A stretch of 64,000 nt of DNA from Acidobacteriota bacterium (GTDB lineage Bacteria; Acidobacteriota; UBA890; WLXD01), in assembly GCA_963666215.2 (NCBI GenBank), contig CAXWPL010000001.1, positions 1 through 64,000 on the forward strand. Direction: 5' to 3'. How positions within the stretch are numbered: position 1 is the first letter of the stretch; each line of letters starts with the position of its first letter. Under the pieces are notes generated by a model. That model was not told the DNA's origin. It saw only the letters and a list, made by a program, of their open reading frames with translations, and ran no database searches. A program made the translations under genes and the position numbers. Below are positions 1 through 9,726 of this stretch, piece after piece.

Positions 1-593
1 AGCGCCGCGGCCACGCGCCCGCTCGTCGGCCGCCACTTGGATCGCATTCATGAGATTCAGCGGTCCATCGGCCGACACGGCCGTGGCCGGGCGCATCGCC
101 CCGACGATGACAACCGGCTTGTCGCTGCGCACCGTCAAGTTGAGAAAGTACGCGGTCTCCTCGAGCGCGTCGGTGCCATGCGTAACCACAACGCCGTCGA
201 CCGTGTGGCCGTCAACGCCTTCCGTAAAGAGAACGTTGATCCGCTGCGCCAGCGCCAGCCAGTCGGAGGGCAACAGCGACGTGGAGCTCACGTTGCTGTA
301 CTGCTCGGCGCTGACGTTGGCGATCTCGTCGATATCTGGAACCACCGCGAGGAGCTCCTCCACGGGAATCGCTCCGGACCGGTAGCCCGAGAGCTGCCCG
401 GGCCCCGCCGCCCGACCGGCAATGGTGCCGCAGTTGCAACCACGCGTACGTATCGGAGCGCCTCTTGCGGCACCGCGACTTGGGCCTGCGAGTTCGCGAA
501 GGCGGGCACAACCGCCAAGCCCGCGACCAGCAACAACCCCGATGCTTGTCTGGCGCCGATTCCGCGTCGTCGGTGCTGGTTGGTTCGATTCAT
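1..593 (-). CDS. Secreted L-asparaginase (type II-like); runs off the window edge; 1-nt frameshift at about 430
   Basis: Minus-strand translation gives a signal peptide and VRVVAT, then a frame switch to GTIAG...GVVVTHGTDALEETAYFLNLTVRSDKPVVIVGAMRPATAVSADGPLNL, which are the asparaginase ATGGTIAG and HGTD motifs. ATG at 593 follows an AGGA RBS. Confidence 0.88.
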
Positions 594-687
594 GTCGTTC
601 CTCGCTCGTGTCGAGTCAATGCCATGGGGAGTAGAGCGCAAGGCGCCCGCGAGCCGCGCAAAACCCGACGCAGGCTACTACGCGTAG

Positions 688-1357
688 CTACCTGAACTCG
701 CGCACACCGGTGTCGCTTCCCATGAGCACGAGGTCGGCACGGCGCTGCGCGAAGATGCCGCAAGTCACGACGCCCGGCATCGCTTCGATCTCGAGCTCGA
801 TCGTCAGCGGGTCGACAATGCGAAGCCCGTGTACGTCGAAGATGACGTTGCCGTACTCGGTAATGAGGCCTTGACGCAGCTTGGGATCGCCGCCGAGGTC
901 ACGGAGCTGGCGAGCCACCGACGCGTGGGCCATCGGGATCACTTCCACCGGTAGCGGGAAGCCGCCGAGCACGTCGACGCGCTTGCTGTCGTCGACGATG
1001 CAGATGAAGGTCTGCGCTGCGGTGGCGACGATCTTCTCGCCGGTCAGCGCCGCCCCGCCGCCCTTGGTGAGCGCCAGCCCAGGCTCGAACTCGTCGGCCC
1101 CCGTCCACATAGATCGCCAGCTGCGGAACGTCGTTGAGATCGAGAACCGCGAAGCCGCCATCGAGCAGCAGCGCTGTGGTCCTTTGCGAGCTCGACACCG
1201 CCGCGGGGAGCGATCGCCGGCCGCTGTCGACCTCCGCCGCGAGCAGCTCGATGAGGTGATTCACCGTCGAGCCGGTGCCAAAACCCACCACGGGCTCCTC
1301 GCCGAGATACTCGATTGCCGCTGCCGCAGCGGCACGTTTGGCTGTGTCACTACTCAT
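688..1357 (-). CDS. rpiA: Ribose-5-phosphate isomerase A, split by one extra G in a G-run at about 1098-1102
   Basis: GFGTGST and YVDG lie in ORF 899..1357; [19 protein letters not shown] and FPLPVEV lie in ORF 688..1161. Confidence 0.92.
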
Positions 1358-1381
1358 CAGAAAGACCTCTGAAGAAACGCC

Positions 1382-2368
1382 TCAAGTTGCCGCTCCAGCT
1401 AGCGGCGTAACAACGATCTGCTGCAGACGGCGGATGCGATCTTCGGTGGGTGGATGCGTTGCGAGCAACCCGCGCGCCCGCTTCTCGAACTTCTTGATGG
1501 GCTGCACAACATAGAGGTGTGCCGTGGCTCGGTTAGCCGCCTCGAGCACCTCGTCGTCGGCGTCGAGCCGGCGTAGCGCCGAGATCATCGCCTCCGGGTT
1601 CCGCGTCAGCTCCACGGCGCCAGCGTCGGCAAGATACTCGCGCTGCCGGGACACCGCTAGTTGCAGCACCCGCGCCACCAGCGGAGCCAAGATCGACAGC
1701 ACGATCGCCAGCACGAACAACACCAGAGCCATCCCGCCGCCGCCACCTTTCGAGTCGCGCCGGCCGCCGCCTGCGCCGCTCCAGGATCTGAAACGAAGCG
1801 TCCGCCAGAAGAAGTCGGTGACCAGCGCGACGATCCCCACAAGCGTCGCCAGCAGCATCATCAGCCGGATGTCGAAGTGGCGGACGTGCGACATCTCGTG
1901 CGCCATCACCGCCTGCAATTCGTCGCGCGACAGCTTCTGGCGTAGCCCCCAGGTAATGGCCACAGCCGCGTGCTCCGGATCGCGCCCGGTAGCGAACGCA
2001 TTCATCGCCGTGTCGCGAATCAAATAGACCGGCGGCACGGGCACGCCGGCACCAATCGCGAGCTCCTCGACAACGTTGTAGAGCTGCGGGTCGTCGTTCT
2101 TGGCGATGCGCTCGGCGCCACTCATCCGAAGTATCGCTGGTCCTCCGCCGTAGTAGCTCCAAACCGCCACCACGCCCGCCACGCCCATGGCGAACAATCC
2201 CACCGGCGCCGCGGCCGCGGGTTCGCCGCCGACGAGCGCCGCGCTCAGAAGGCCAACCAGGACACCCGTGAAGGCGATGAAGCCGACCACCAAGAGCACG
2301 CTGTTGCGCTTGTTGCGCGCAATCAGATCGTGGTAGGTGGCGTCACTGTCGTGGGCCCATGATGCCAT
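1382..2368 (-). CDS. htpX: M48 family zinc metalloprotease, HtpX-like
   Basis: NAFATG, AHEMSH (HExxH), SRQREYLADAGA and THPP motifs; transmembrane segments; adjacent to lemA. Confidence 0.9.
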   Translation of the reverse strand: MASWAHDSDATYHDLIARNKRNSVLLVVGFIAFTGVLVGLLSAALVGGEPAAAAPVGLFAMGVAGVVAVWSYYGGGPAILRMSGAERIAKNDDPQLYNVVEELAIGAGVPVPPVYLIRDTAMNAFATGRDPEHAAVAITWGLRQKLSRDELQAVMAHEMSHVRHFDIRLMMLLATLVGIVALVTDFFWRTLRFRSWSGAGGGRRDSKGGGGGMALVLFVLAIVLSILAPLVARVLQLAVSRQREYLADAGAVELTRNPEAMISALRRLDADDEVLEAANRATAHLYVVQPIKKFEKRARGLLATHPPTEDRIRRLQQIVVTPLAGAAT

Positions 2369-2422
2369 CCTACGCCACAAACGAAGAGCGCCGAACATGG
2401 TCGCAACGTCCGAGGGCGACGG

Positions 2423-2977
2423 CTAGAACTCGACTTTCGGAGCTGCGCGCTCGGCGTCGAGCTCAACTTCGAAGAACTCGCGACCGGCGAAGCCAAAGGT
2501 GCCGCCGACGAGGTTGTTCGGGAAGGTTTCGAGCCCCGTGTTGTACTGCCGCACGGTGTCGTTGTAGTGCTGGCGGGCGAAGGCAATCTTGTTTTCGGTC
2601 GACGAGAGCTCTTCCTGCAGCTGCGCGAAGTTGGTGTTGGCTTTGAGGTCGGGATAGGCCTCGGAGAGGGCAAACAGCTTGCCGAGCGCTCCCGTGATGA
2701 GGTTCTCAGCCCGCGCCTGATCGCCCACGCTGCTGGCGTCGATGCCCACCTGACGAGCCTGGATCACGGCCTCGAGGGTCTCGCGCTCGTGGCTGGCGTA
2801 GCCCTTGACGGTTTCGACGAGGTTCGGGATCAGGTCGTAACGGCGTTTGAGCTGGACGTCGATCCCCGCCCATGCATCTTCGCAGCGCACCTTGAGGCGA
2901 ACGAGTCGGTTATAGATGCCGATCAACCAAACGCCCACGACAACAAGCAGTCCACCGAGCCCGAGCAATGCGGTCAT
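2423..2977 (-). CDS. lemA: LemA family protein
   Basis: N-terminal TM, YNRLV, AWAGIDVQLKRRYDLIPNLVETVKGYA and EAYPDLKAN. Confidence 0.95.
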   Translation of the reverse strand: MTALLGLGGLLVVVGVWLIGIYNRLVRLKVRCEDAWAGIDVQLKRRYDLIPNLVETVKGYASHERETLEAVIQARQVGIDASSVGDQARAENLITGALGKLFALSEAYPDLKANTNFAQLQEELSSTENKIAFARQHYNDTVRQYNTGLETFPNNLVGGTFGFAGREFFEVELDAERAAPKVEF

Positions 2978-3397
2978 CACGTCCTCTACGGGTAACCGAT
3001 GCGGCGGTCTGCCAAAGCGGCGCACCGCTGCGACGCCCCACTCTTTTTCGGGGCGGCCGCGCCTAGGTTATCAGCGCCGTGACACTGCGTTGGCGCCACT
3101 CAGGCCGTAGGACCTTTGGCATATGCGCATAAACGATGCGTCGCACGCGCGGCGTTGGACGTATAATGTTCGGGCTTTTCGAGCGGTGGGTGAGCTGCCC
3201 GCCCAGCCCCCGGAAACGGTTGCCGATCGCGACAGGTTCTCGAAACGACCATCAAGGATCTCGACAAGGTTCCGCAGGTTTCGAACCGTCTTTCACCGAT
3301 CTTCGGGGGCACCCCTATATGGTGGCCGCGCCCGAAGTCCCGAGCTGCGCGCTCCTGACCCCGACACGATCGGGCGGGAGAGTGGAGAGTCGAGGCA

Positions 3398-5356
3398 TTG
3401 GGTAGCAACGGCAAGATCCAAGACATCGCCTGGCGTACCGGTGGTCCGCAGGGCAGTGGTATCGACACAGCTGCACTGATCTTCTCGCGCTCGTGCGGAC
3501 TCGCTGGCCTGGAGCTATTCGGCCGCCGCGAGTACTACTCCAACATCATGGGGCGGCACAGCTACTACGACGTGCGCGCCTCCGACGCCGTTCAGACATC
3601 GCATCGTGACGTCGTCGACATGCTCACCACCTTCGAGGCCGAGACGCTGTTGCGTCATTACACAGCTGTCTGCCCGGGTGGGGCAATCGTGTACCCGAAC
3701 ACCGAGGCCGACGTTCCTCTGTCGATCGCGACCTTCCTGGACGAGCGCTTTACGGCCGACATCGCGGCCGAGCTCGAAAGCCAAGGCCTGCCGCCCACGA
3801 CCGCCGGGGCCATCGAGTCGGCGCGGGCGCGCGGAGTGCTGTGCTACGAGATCAACTTCGATGAGATCATCAACGATCTCGCCGAAACGCTCGGCGTGCC
3901 GTACAAGATCGCCGCGAGAGCCCGCAACACGCTCGCCGTGGCGGTCTCGACGGCGATCCTCGAGTTCCGCCGCGACATCGTGAAGCAGGCGTTGGAGAAA
4001 CAGTGGCCGGGCCGCCAAAAGATCATCGACATGAACGTCGAGGCGGTTGAGCAGGCCTACAACTACACGCGCGAGAAGCTCGACCTCTCGGGATTCATCT
4101 TCCGGCTCGACGCCAGCGAGAGCACCGACAAGCGCATCATGGTCAACGGCAACCAGGCGGTGGCGCTAGGCAAGCTGGCCGGCGGCTTGACGATGCAGAG
4201 CTACTACCCGATCAGCCCGGCCACCGACGAGAGCACGTACCTCGAGGCGCACGCCGAGTTCCCGACACGCGACGGCGGCGAGGGCTACGTTCTGGTCGTA
4301 CAAACCGAGGACGAGATCTCGGCCATCACGATGGCGGCCGGGGCGGCGCTCACCGGCGCCCGCAGCTCCACCGCCACTTCCGGTCCCGGCTTCGCGCTCA
4401 TGACCGAGGGCATCGGCTGGGCCGGGATCAACGAGGTGCCTCTGGTGGTCACGCTTTGGCAGCGTGGTGGCCCGTCGACTGGCATGCCGACGCGCAACGA
4501 CCAAGGCGACCTCCTTTTTGCCTGCAACGCCGGTCACGGCGACTTCCCCAAGATCGTCATCTCCTCGGGCGACGTGATCGAGGCGTTCTACGACGCCGCA
4601 CAAGCGTTCAACTACGCCGACCGCTACCAGACGGTTGTCGTCCACATCCTCGACAAGGCGCTCTCGAGCCAGTCGCGAACGATCCCGCCGTACGACCTCG
4701 ACCAGGTCAAGATCGAGCGCGGCGAGATCGCCGAGCCACGCGGCCTGACCGATGGAAAACCCAACGGCGAAGGGGCCTTCCATCGCTTCGCGTTCACCGA
4801 GTCGGGGATCTCTCCACGGACGCTTCTCGGCCAGCCGGGCAACGCACACTGGATGACCGGTGGTGAGCACACCCCTCAGGGTCGTGTCACCGAAGACCCG
4901 ATCATCCGCGAGAAGATGATGGAAAAGCGTGCCCGCAAGATGGAGCTGGCGGCCGCCGAGATTCCCGTCGACGAGAAGTTCAAGGTCTTCGGCGACCGCG
5001 AAGCTGACCTGACGATCCTCACCTGGGGGTCGAACAAGGGCGCCGTTCTCGAGGTGCTCGACAAGCTCGAGGCGCAAGACGCGTCCGCGCGGCTAGTGCA
5101 AGTTCGGCTGATGGTCCCGTTCCCCATGGAACTGGTCGCCGTTCTCGAAAGTGCCAAGCCCCTGGTGATCGTCGAGTCGAACTTCTCCGGACAGTTCGCT
5201 CAGCTCCTGAGGCAACAAACGGGGATCACGCCGGACCATCAAATCGTCAAGTACAACGGCCGACCGATCTCCGGCGAGGAGCTTCTCCGCGCGATCAACG
5301 AAATTCGCGAAGGCGGCGCCGACAGCCGCATCGTCCTCCGCAACCCCTACCAGTAG
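3398..5356 (+). CDS. 2-oxoacid:ferredoxin oxidoreductase, alpha subunit (gamma-alpha fusion)
   Basis: GGPQGSG, YPISPATD, QTEDEISA, TATSGPGF and QRGGPSTGMPT motifs. Confidence 0.93.
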   Translation: MGSNGKIQDIAWRTGGPQGSGIDTAALIFSRSCGLAGLELFGRREYYSNIMGRHSYYDVRASDAVQTSHRDVVDMLTTFEAETLLRHYTAVCPGGAIVYPNTEADVPLSIATFLDERFTADIAAELESQGLPPTTAGAIESARARGVLCYEINFDEIINDLAETLGVPYKIAARARNTLAVAVSTAILEFRRDIVKQALEKQWPGRQKIIDMNVEAVEQAYNYTREKLDLSGFIFRLDASESTDKRIMVNGNQAVALGKLAGGLTMQSYYPISPATDESTYLEAHAEFPTRDGGEGYVLVVQTEDEISAITMAAGAALTGARSSTATSGPGFALMTEGIGWAGINEVPLVVTLWQRGGPSTGMPTRNDQGDLLFACNAGHGDFPKIVISSGDVIEAFYDAAQAFNYADRYQTVVVHILDKALSSQSRTIPPYDLDQVKIERGEIAEPRGLTDGKPNGEGAFHRFAFTESGISPRTLLGQPGNAHWMTGGEHTPQGRVTEDPIIREKMMEKRARKMELAAAEIPVDEKFKVFGDREADLTILTWGSNKGAVLEVLDKLEAQDASARLVQVRLMVPFPMELVAVLESAKPLVIVESNFSGQFAQLLRQQTGITPDHQIVKYNGRPISGEELLRAINEIREGGADSRIVLRNPYQ

Positions 5357-5375
5357 CCGACTGGGACCGAGCACA

Positions 5376-6353
5376 ATGACGACCGCAACGGAAACTCCCA
5401 AACTCAAGGCCAAGGACTTCCAGGTTCCGCACCCCAACGACTGGTGTCCCGGCTGCGGCGACTTTGGCATCATCAATGCCATCCAGCAGACGTTCGCCAG
5501 GATGGGCCTCGACCCGTCGAGCGTCGTCATGGTGGGCGGCATCGGTTGCTCGGGGAAGGCGCCGTACTATGTCGGCTCCTACGGCGTCCATACGCTGCAT
5601 GGCCGTCCGCTGCCCTTCGCGACCGGCATCAAGCTCGCCAACCCCGAGCTCACGGTGATCGCCGCCGGCGGCGACGGCGATGGCCTCGGCATCGGCGCCG
5701 GCCATTTCGTCAACGCGGGGCGGCGCAACGTCGACATGACGTACGTGCTGTTCAACAACGCTGTCTACGGCCTCACCAAGGGCCAGGCGGCGCCGACACT
5801 GCCGATGGGCCTGCAGACCAAGAGCCTCGCCGAGCCCAACATCCAGATGGAGATCAACCCGCTCATGCTGGCGTTCGCGTCGGGCTTCACATGGATCGGT
5901 CGCGGCTACAGCTACAACATCAAAGAGCTCGTGGGGTTGATGCAGCGAGCCATCGAACATCCAGGTCTGGCGTATCTGGATGTCTTGCAGCCCTGCCCGA
6001 CGTACAACAACATCCACACCAAGGAGTGGTTCGCGGGCAAGGATCTCGAGGAAGTACGGCCACGCGTGCGGCCGCTGCCCGAAGATTACGACGGCATCAT
6101 CGAGCAAGGCGCCAGCGAAGAAGACGTTTTCGCGAAGATGAATGACTTCATCGCGATGGCGCACGAGTGGGGGGACTACATCCCCACCGGGGTCTACCTC
6201 GAAAACCGTTCGGTCTCGAAGTTCGAGGACCGCATCAGCAACCGCATGCCGAGCTACGCGGATGCGTCGCCGGCGGGGCGTCCGATCGCAGACGCCGACG
6301 GGATCACGCGGACGGAGCTGGCGAGGATCTTCGAGGAGCTGGCGATTAACTAG
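5376..6353 (+). CDS. 2-oxoacid:ferredoxin oxidoreductase, beta subunit (TPP-binding)
   Basis: WCPGCGDFG, GIGCS, HGRPLP, GDGDG...NN and QPCPTYN motifs. Confidence 0.95.
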   Translation: MTTATETPKLKAKDFQVPHPNDWCPGCGDFGIINAIQQTFARMGLDPSSVVMVGGIGCSGKAPYYVGSYGVHTLHGRPLPFATGIKLANPELTVIAAGGDGDGLGIGAGHFVNAGRRNVDMTYVLFNNAVYGLTKGQAAPTLPMGLQTKSLAEPNIQMEINPLMLAFASGFTWIGRGYSYNIKELVGLMQRAIEHPGLAYLDVLQPCPTYNNIHTKEWFAGKDLEEVRPRVRPLPEDYDGIIEQGASEEDVFAKMNDFIAMAHEWGDYIPTGVYLENRSVSKFEDRISNRMPSYADASPAGRPIADADGITRTELARIFEELAIN

Positions 6354-6448
6354 TCGGGGGTGCGGGCGGTGCGGCGAGAGGCGCCGCGCTATCATCGCGA
6401 GCCAGAGGTCGCGTTCCCTGTCCGCTCGACGATTCCCGGAGGCCGCTG

Positions 6449-6994
6449 ATGAAGCGCTTGTTCTGTTTGGTTCTGATGGTGTCTCTGCTCCCCGCTTGCA
6501 ACACGGGATCACCCAGCAACGGCTCCAACGGGGTGTTCAGCGTCGCGCTCGGCGACGTGGTCTCGGAGCTGCGCAGCGTGATCCAAAGCGGCAAGGTCCG
6601 GTCGCTCGGCCCGTGGAAGCACACGTTCGAGGAGCTCACCAGTGGTACGTACTTGGTCGGCGTCGCGATCATCGGGGTGAAGGCGGATGGTACGCCCAGG
6701 AAGGCCGTCAACCAGATCCGGCTCAACGCGAACGGAAAGCGCAGCATCGGTCGTTACCAGGCCGACATCGGCGCCGCGGTCGCGTGCGTGAACGTGTCGA
6801 TTCCGCCTGCCGGCAAGGACCTCAATGTGACCGTGGTGGCACTCGGCGGGCCCAATCTCCCGCCCGGTACTTTCTTCGGGCACGTGGCGACGGCTGCCAG
6901 TGTTACCGGCTTGGGAGTCACCCCGAACGATTGCAAGAACGTCCTCGGCGCCACACTTGCAACCGGTGTCGAGAGGATGTTGCGGTCCGAATAG
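6449..6994 (+). CDS. Hypothetical lipoprotein
   Basis: GGAGG RBS, then MKR, a hydrophobic stretch and an LLPAC lipobox. Confidence 0.7.
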   Translation: MKRLFCLVLMVSLLPACNTGSPSNGSNGVFSVALGDVVSELRSVIQSGKVRSLGPWKHTFEELTSGTYLVGVAIIGVKADGTPRKAVNQIRLNANGKRSIGRYQADIGAAVACVNVSIPPAGKDLNVTVVALGGPNLPPGTFFGHVATAASVTGLGVTPNDCKNVLGATLATGVERMLRSE

Positions 6995-7101
6995 CCGCGT
7001 CGGCAGCACCCATCGCGACACCCGCGGAGCGGAGGGTGACTCGACAAGCGCACGAGCACCACTGCGCACTCGATGCCGCGTGGCACGGTGGAGTCACCCG
7101 A

Positions 7102-7806
7102 TCAACGCTCCGAGGACGACTCGAGCTCAATCGATTGAACGTCCAGCGATGCGGTGTGCGTGCCCTGAGCCCACGACTCCTCGTGGAACGGAAACAACAC
7201 GCCGGAAACGTCGCGGAAATCGGAGTAGTCGGTGGCGAACTGCAGCTGCATCTCGCCGGCCGAGACGAGCGATTCGGTACGTACGATGCGATGCGTCTCG
7301 GGCTCGATCGAGATCCGTAGCGAGACGCCCGCGGGCGACACCAGGCCGACCACGATGCGCTCGGGCTCTCTCGAGAGAACCTCGACGGAGTCGCGAGCCC
7401 CCGCCAACAACCACGGCAAGTTGGCGCGCATCGCCTGTCCGATCATCGACGTCAGCATCGGTCCTTCGGCCGCGCGTAGGTCTTCCTCCGAAGAGCCGCG
7501 CCAACCCTCCCCTGCAACCAGCCGCCGGATCTCTGCGCGATCGGGGTAGCTGATGCGCACCTCGAGCGTATCGGCTCCAGACGACACCCTCACAACCGTC
7601 GCGTCCTCACCTCTGCTGGTGCGCATGGTCGCGTCATAGCGATACCCGGCAATAGCGCGCAGCCGCTGGACGCCTCCATACGCGCCGAGCACAGCGTCAA
7701 CAACCTGGCCGGCCTCCTGCGCCCCCACGGACACACTCGAGGCGCTCGCTACGACAGCCGCGAGAACGATCCCCGCCCGTATCCGCACGCACACCTCCGA
7801 CGTCAA
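7102..7806 (-). CDS. Exported hypothetical protein (beta-rich, LolA-like fold possible)
   Basis: Signal peptide, then AYGG..L..I and a C-terminal YSDFRDVSGVLFPF pattern typical of this exported family. Confidence 0.6.
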   Translation of the reverse strand: MTSEVCVRIRAGIVLAAVVASASSVSVGAQEAGQVVDAVLGAYGGVQRLRAIAGYRYDATMRTSRGEDATVVRVSSGADTLEVRISYPDRAEIRRLVAGEGWRGSSEEDLRAAEGPMLTSMIGQAMRANLPWLLAGARDSVEVLSREPERIVVGLVSPAGVSLRISIEPETHRIVRTESLVSAGEMQLQFATDYSDFRDVSGVLFPFHEESWAQGTHTASLDVQSIELESSSER

Positions 7807-7905
7807 GAAGTTCTGGGAGCACTGCCGCGATTCTAGCCCGCCCCCCGCGCTCCACCGAGCACTCGATCGAAACGTGCAATCGGACTCGCAACGGATCCGA
7901 GCCAG

Positions 7906-9726
7906 CTACTGCAGATACCCCAACGCTCGCAACTGCTCGAGAAGCTCGCTGCTCGGGGCCGGCCGCGCACCCGCGGGGTCGAGACGCGCAGCGGCGAGCC
8001 GATCGGTCCAATCGGCCAGCAGACGCGAAAGCGCGGTAACGCGTTCGTTGGCCGTACCCAGTTCGTCGAACAGATCGCGCAGCTCACGAGGGTCAGAAGC
8101 GAGGTTGTGCATGCGATAGCTCTCCGCGCGGCGATCGTGAACGAGCTTCCAGTCGTCCCATCGGATCGCTGCGAGGTTGCGACCATCGAGAGCCAACTCA
8201 GCCAGCAGGGCCCGCGCAGGGGGCGGCGCGCTTCCGTCGCCGGCTCCGAAGACCTCACTGAGGTCTTCGCCGTTACCGAAGTCGACCGCCACTTTCGCCA
8301 ACGACAGCAGCGTGGAGCCAACGTCGACAAGGGAAGCCGGACGGGTCACATCCCCCCGCGCCGGTACCACTCCGGGACCCCACACCACGAGCGGGACGCG
8401 CAGCTCTTCCTCGAAGAGCGTGCGGCCGTGGCCGAAGCGATCGTGCTCGGCGAACTGCTCGCCGTGGTCGGAGGTGACGACAACGATCGTGTTGTCCAGG
8501 GCGCCGCGCGCGCGCAGCGCCTCCAGGAAGCGCGCCAACTCGCGGTCTGCGTACGCCAGCTCACCGCGGTAAAGAGTGCGCAGGTCGGCGATCGTGCGCT
8601 CGTCGGCACCTTCGCCGTCGAGTCCGCCGAGCACCTCGGGCGTTGCAGCGCCGGCGGGACGTTCGCCCGGCAGTAGCCACTCCGAAGGGTCGTATGGGGC
8701 ATGCGGCTCTACCGTATGGACGTACATCAGGAACGGTCGCGACCGATCCAGGCGCGACAGAGCGCCGAGGGCGAGCTCGTGAACCTGTTCGGCCCGGGCG
8801 GGGTGCGAGGAGGCGATCTCGCCGGCATCCTGGTTGTCGTCATCGCCTTCAGGACGGGCGCGATCGTACACCTCGAATCCCTGATCGAAGCCCCAATGGG
8901 CGGCGATGTTGGGGTTCGACACCACAGCCGCAGTGGCGTATCCGGCGGCGCGAAAACGCTCGGCGAGAGTCCATGCCGCTTCCGGCAGTACGTCGTCGCG
9001 CCCCTGTACTCCGTGGACGCTCGAGTAGAGCCCCGTCAGCAATGAGGCCATGGCCGCGCGGGTCCAAGTGGCCGCGGTCCAGGTGGTTGTAAACCGCACA
9101 CCTTCCGCCGCCATACGCCGGAGCTGAACAGTGGCCGGAGCATCCTCGGGTCGATCGAGGACGTCGTTGCGCAGAGCGTCGATGACGTACAGTAGCACAT
9201 TCGGGGCGCGTACGGGGGCCACGATGTGCCAGCTCGCTGGATCGCCGCCTCCGGCGTCGGATTGCCCCTCGACCTCGATCGCCAGCTCGCGCCAGCGGAT
9301 TCTCGGCCGCGGACCCATCTGTACCGACACCGACAGCAGGAGCTCGCGGCCCGCCCAGGCGCCCAGATCTACGCGCTCGCGCAGCTCGGCGGTCAACTCG
9401 CGGTCGAGCAGCTGCTGTGCCCCCCCGTTCTCGTCGTGCGCCCAGACCGCCAGCCGTGATCCGGCGTCGCGGCCGCGCAGGCGCGCCTCGAGGTCGAGTA
9501 CGAGCGCAGCGGAGTCAGGTGGTAGCCGCAGGGCCACATCCACGCGAGACCGGGTGGATTCGGCCTCTGTGTCTTTGCTGGCTCCCGTCACAGCGAGCAA
9601 ATCGAGCCGCCGGGGATCGTTTGACTGATCGAACCAGGGGCTCGAGCAGGCGGTCGCCACGAGAACCAGCAGCACCAGCACAAGACGAGCTCCGCTCGGC
9701 TCGGGCGTCGCTCTGTCACGGCTCAC
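7906..9726 (-). CDS. Sulfatase-like hydrolase/transferase lipoprotein (alkaline phosphatase superfamily)
   Basis: Lipobox VATAC; PNVLLYVIDALR, WTRAAMASLLTG, EPHAPY, TSDHGE and terminal LRALGY. Confidence 0.85.
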   Translation of the reverse strand: MSRDRATPEPSGARLVLVLLVLVATACSSPWFDQSNDPRRLDLLAVTGASKDTEAESTRSRVDVALRLPPDSAALVLDLEARLRGRDAGSRLAVWAHDENGGAQQLLDRELTAELRERVDLGAWAGRELLLSVSVQMGPRPRIRWRELAIEVEGQSDAGGGDPASWHIVAPVRAPNVLLYVIDALRNDVLDRPEDAPATVQLRRMAAEGVRFTTTWTAATWTRAAMASLLTGLYSSVHGVQGRDDVLPEAAWTLAERFRAAGYATAAVVSNPNIAAHWGFDQGFEVYDRARPEGDDDNQDAGEIASSHPARAEQVHELALGALSRLDRSRPFLMYVHTVEPHAPYDPSEWLLPGERPAGAATPEVLGGLDGEGADERTIADLRTLYRGELAYADRELARFLEALRARGALDNTIVVVTSDHGEQFAEHDRFGHGRTLFEEELRVPLVVWGPGVVPARGDVTRPASLVDVGSTLLSLAKVAVDFGNGEDLSEVFGAGDGSAPPPARALLAELALDGRNLAAIRWDDWKLVHDRRAESYRMHNLASDPRELRDLFDELGTANERVTALSRLLADWTDRLAAARLDPAGARPAPSSELLEQLRALGYLQ

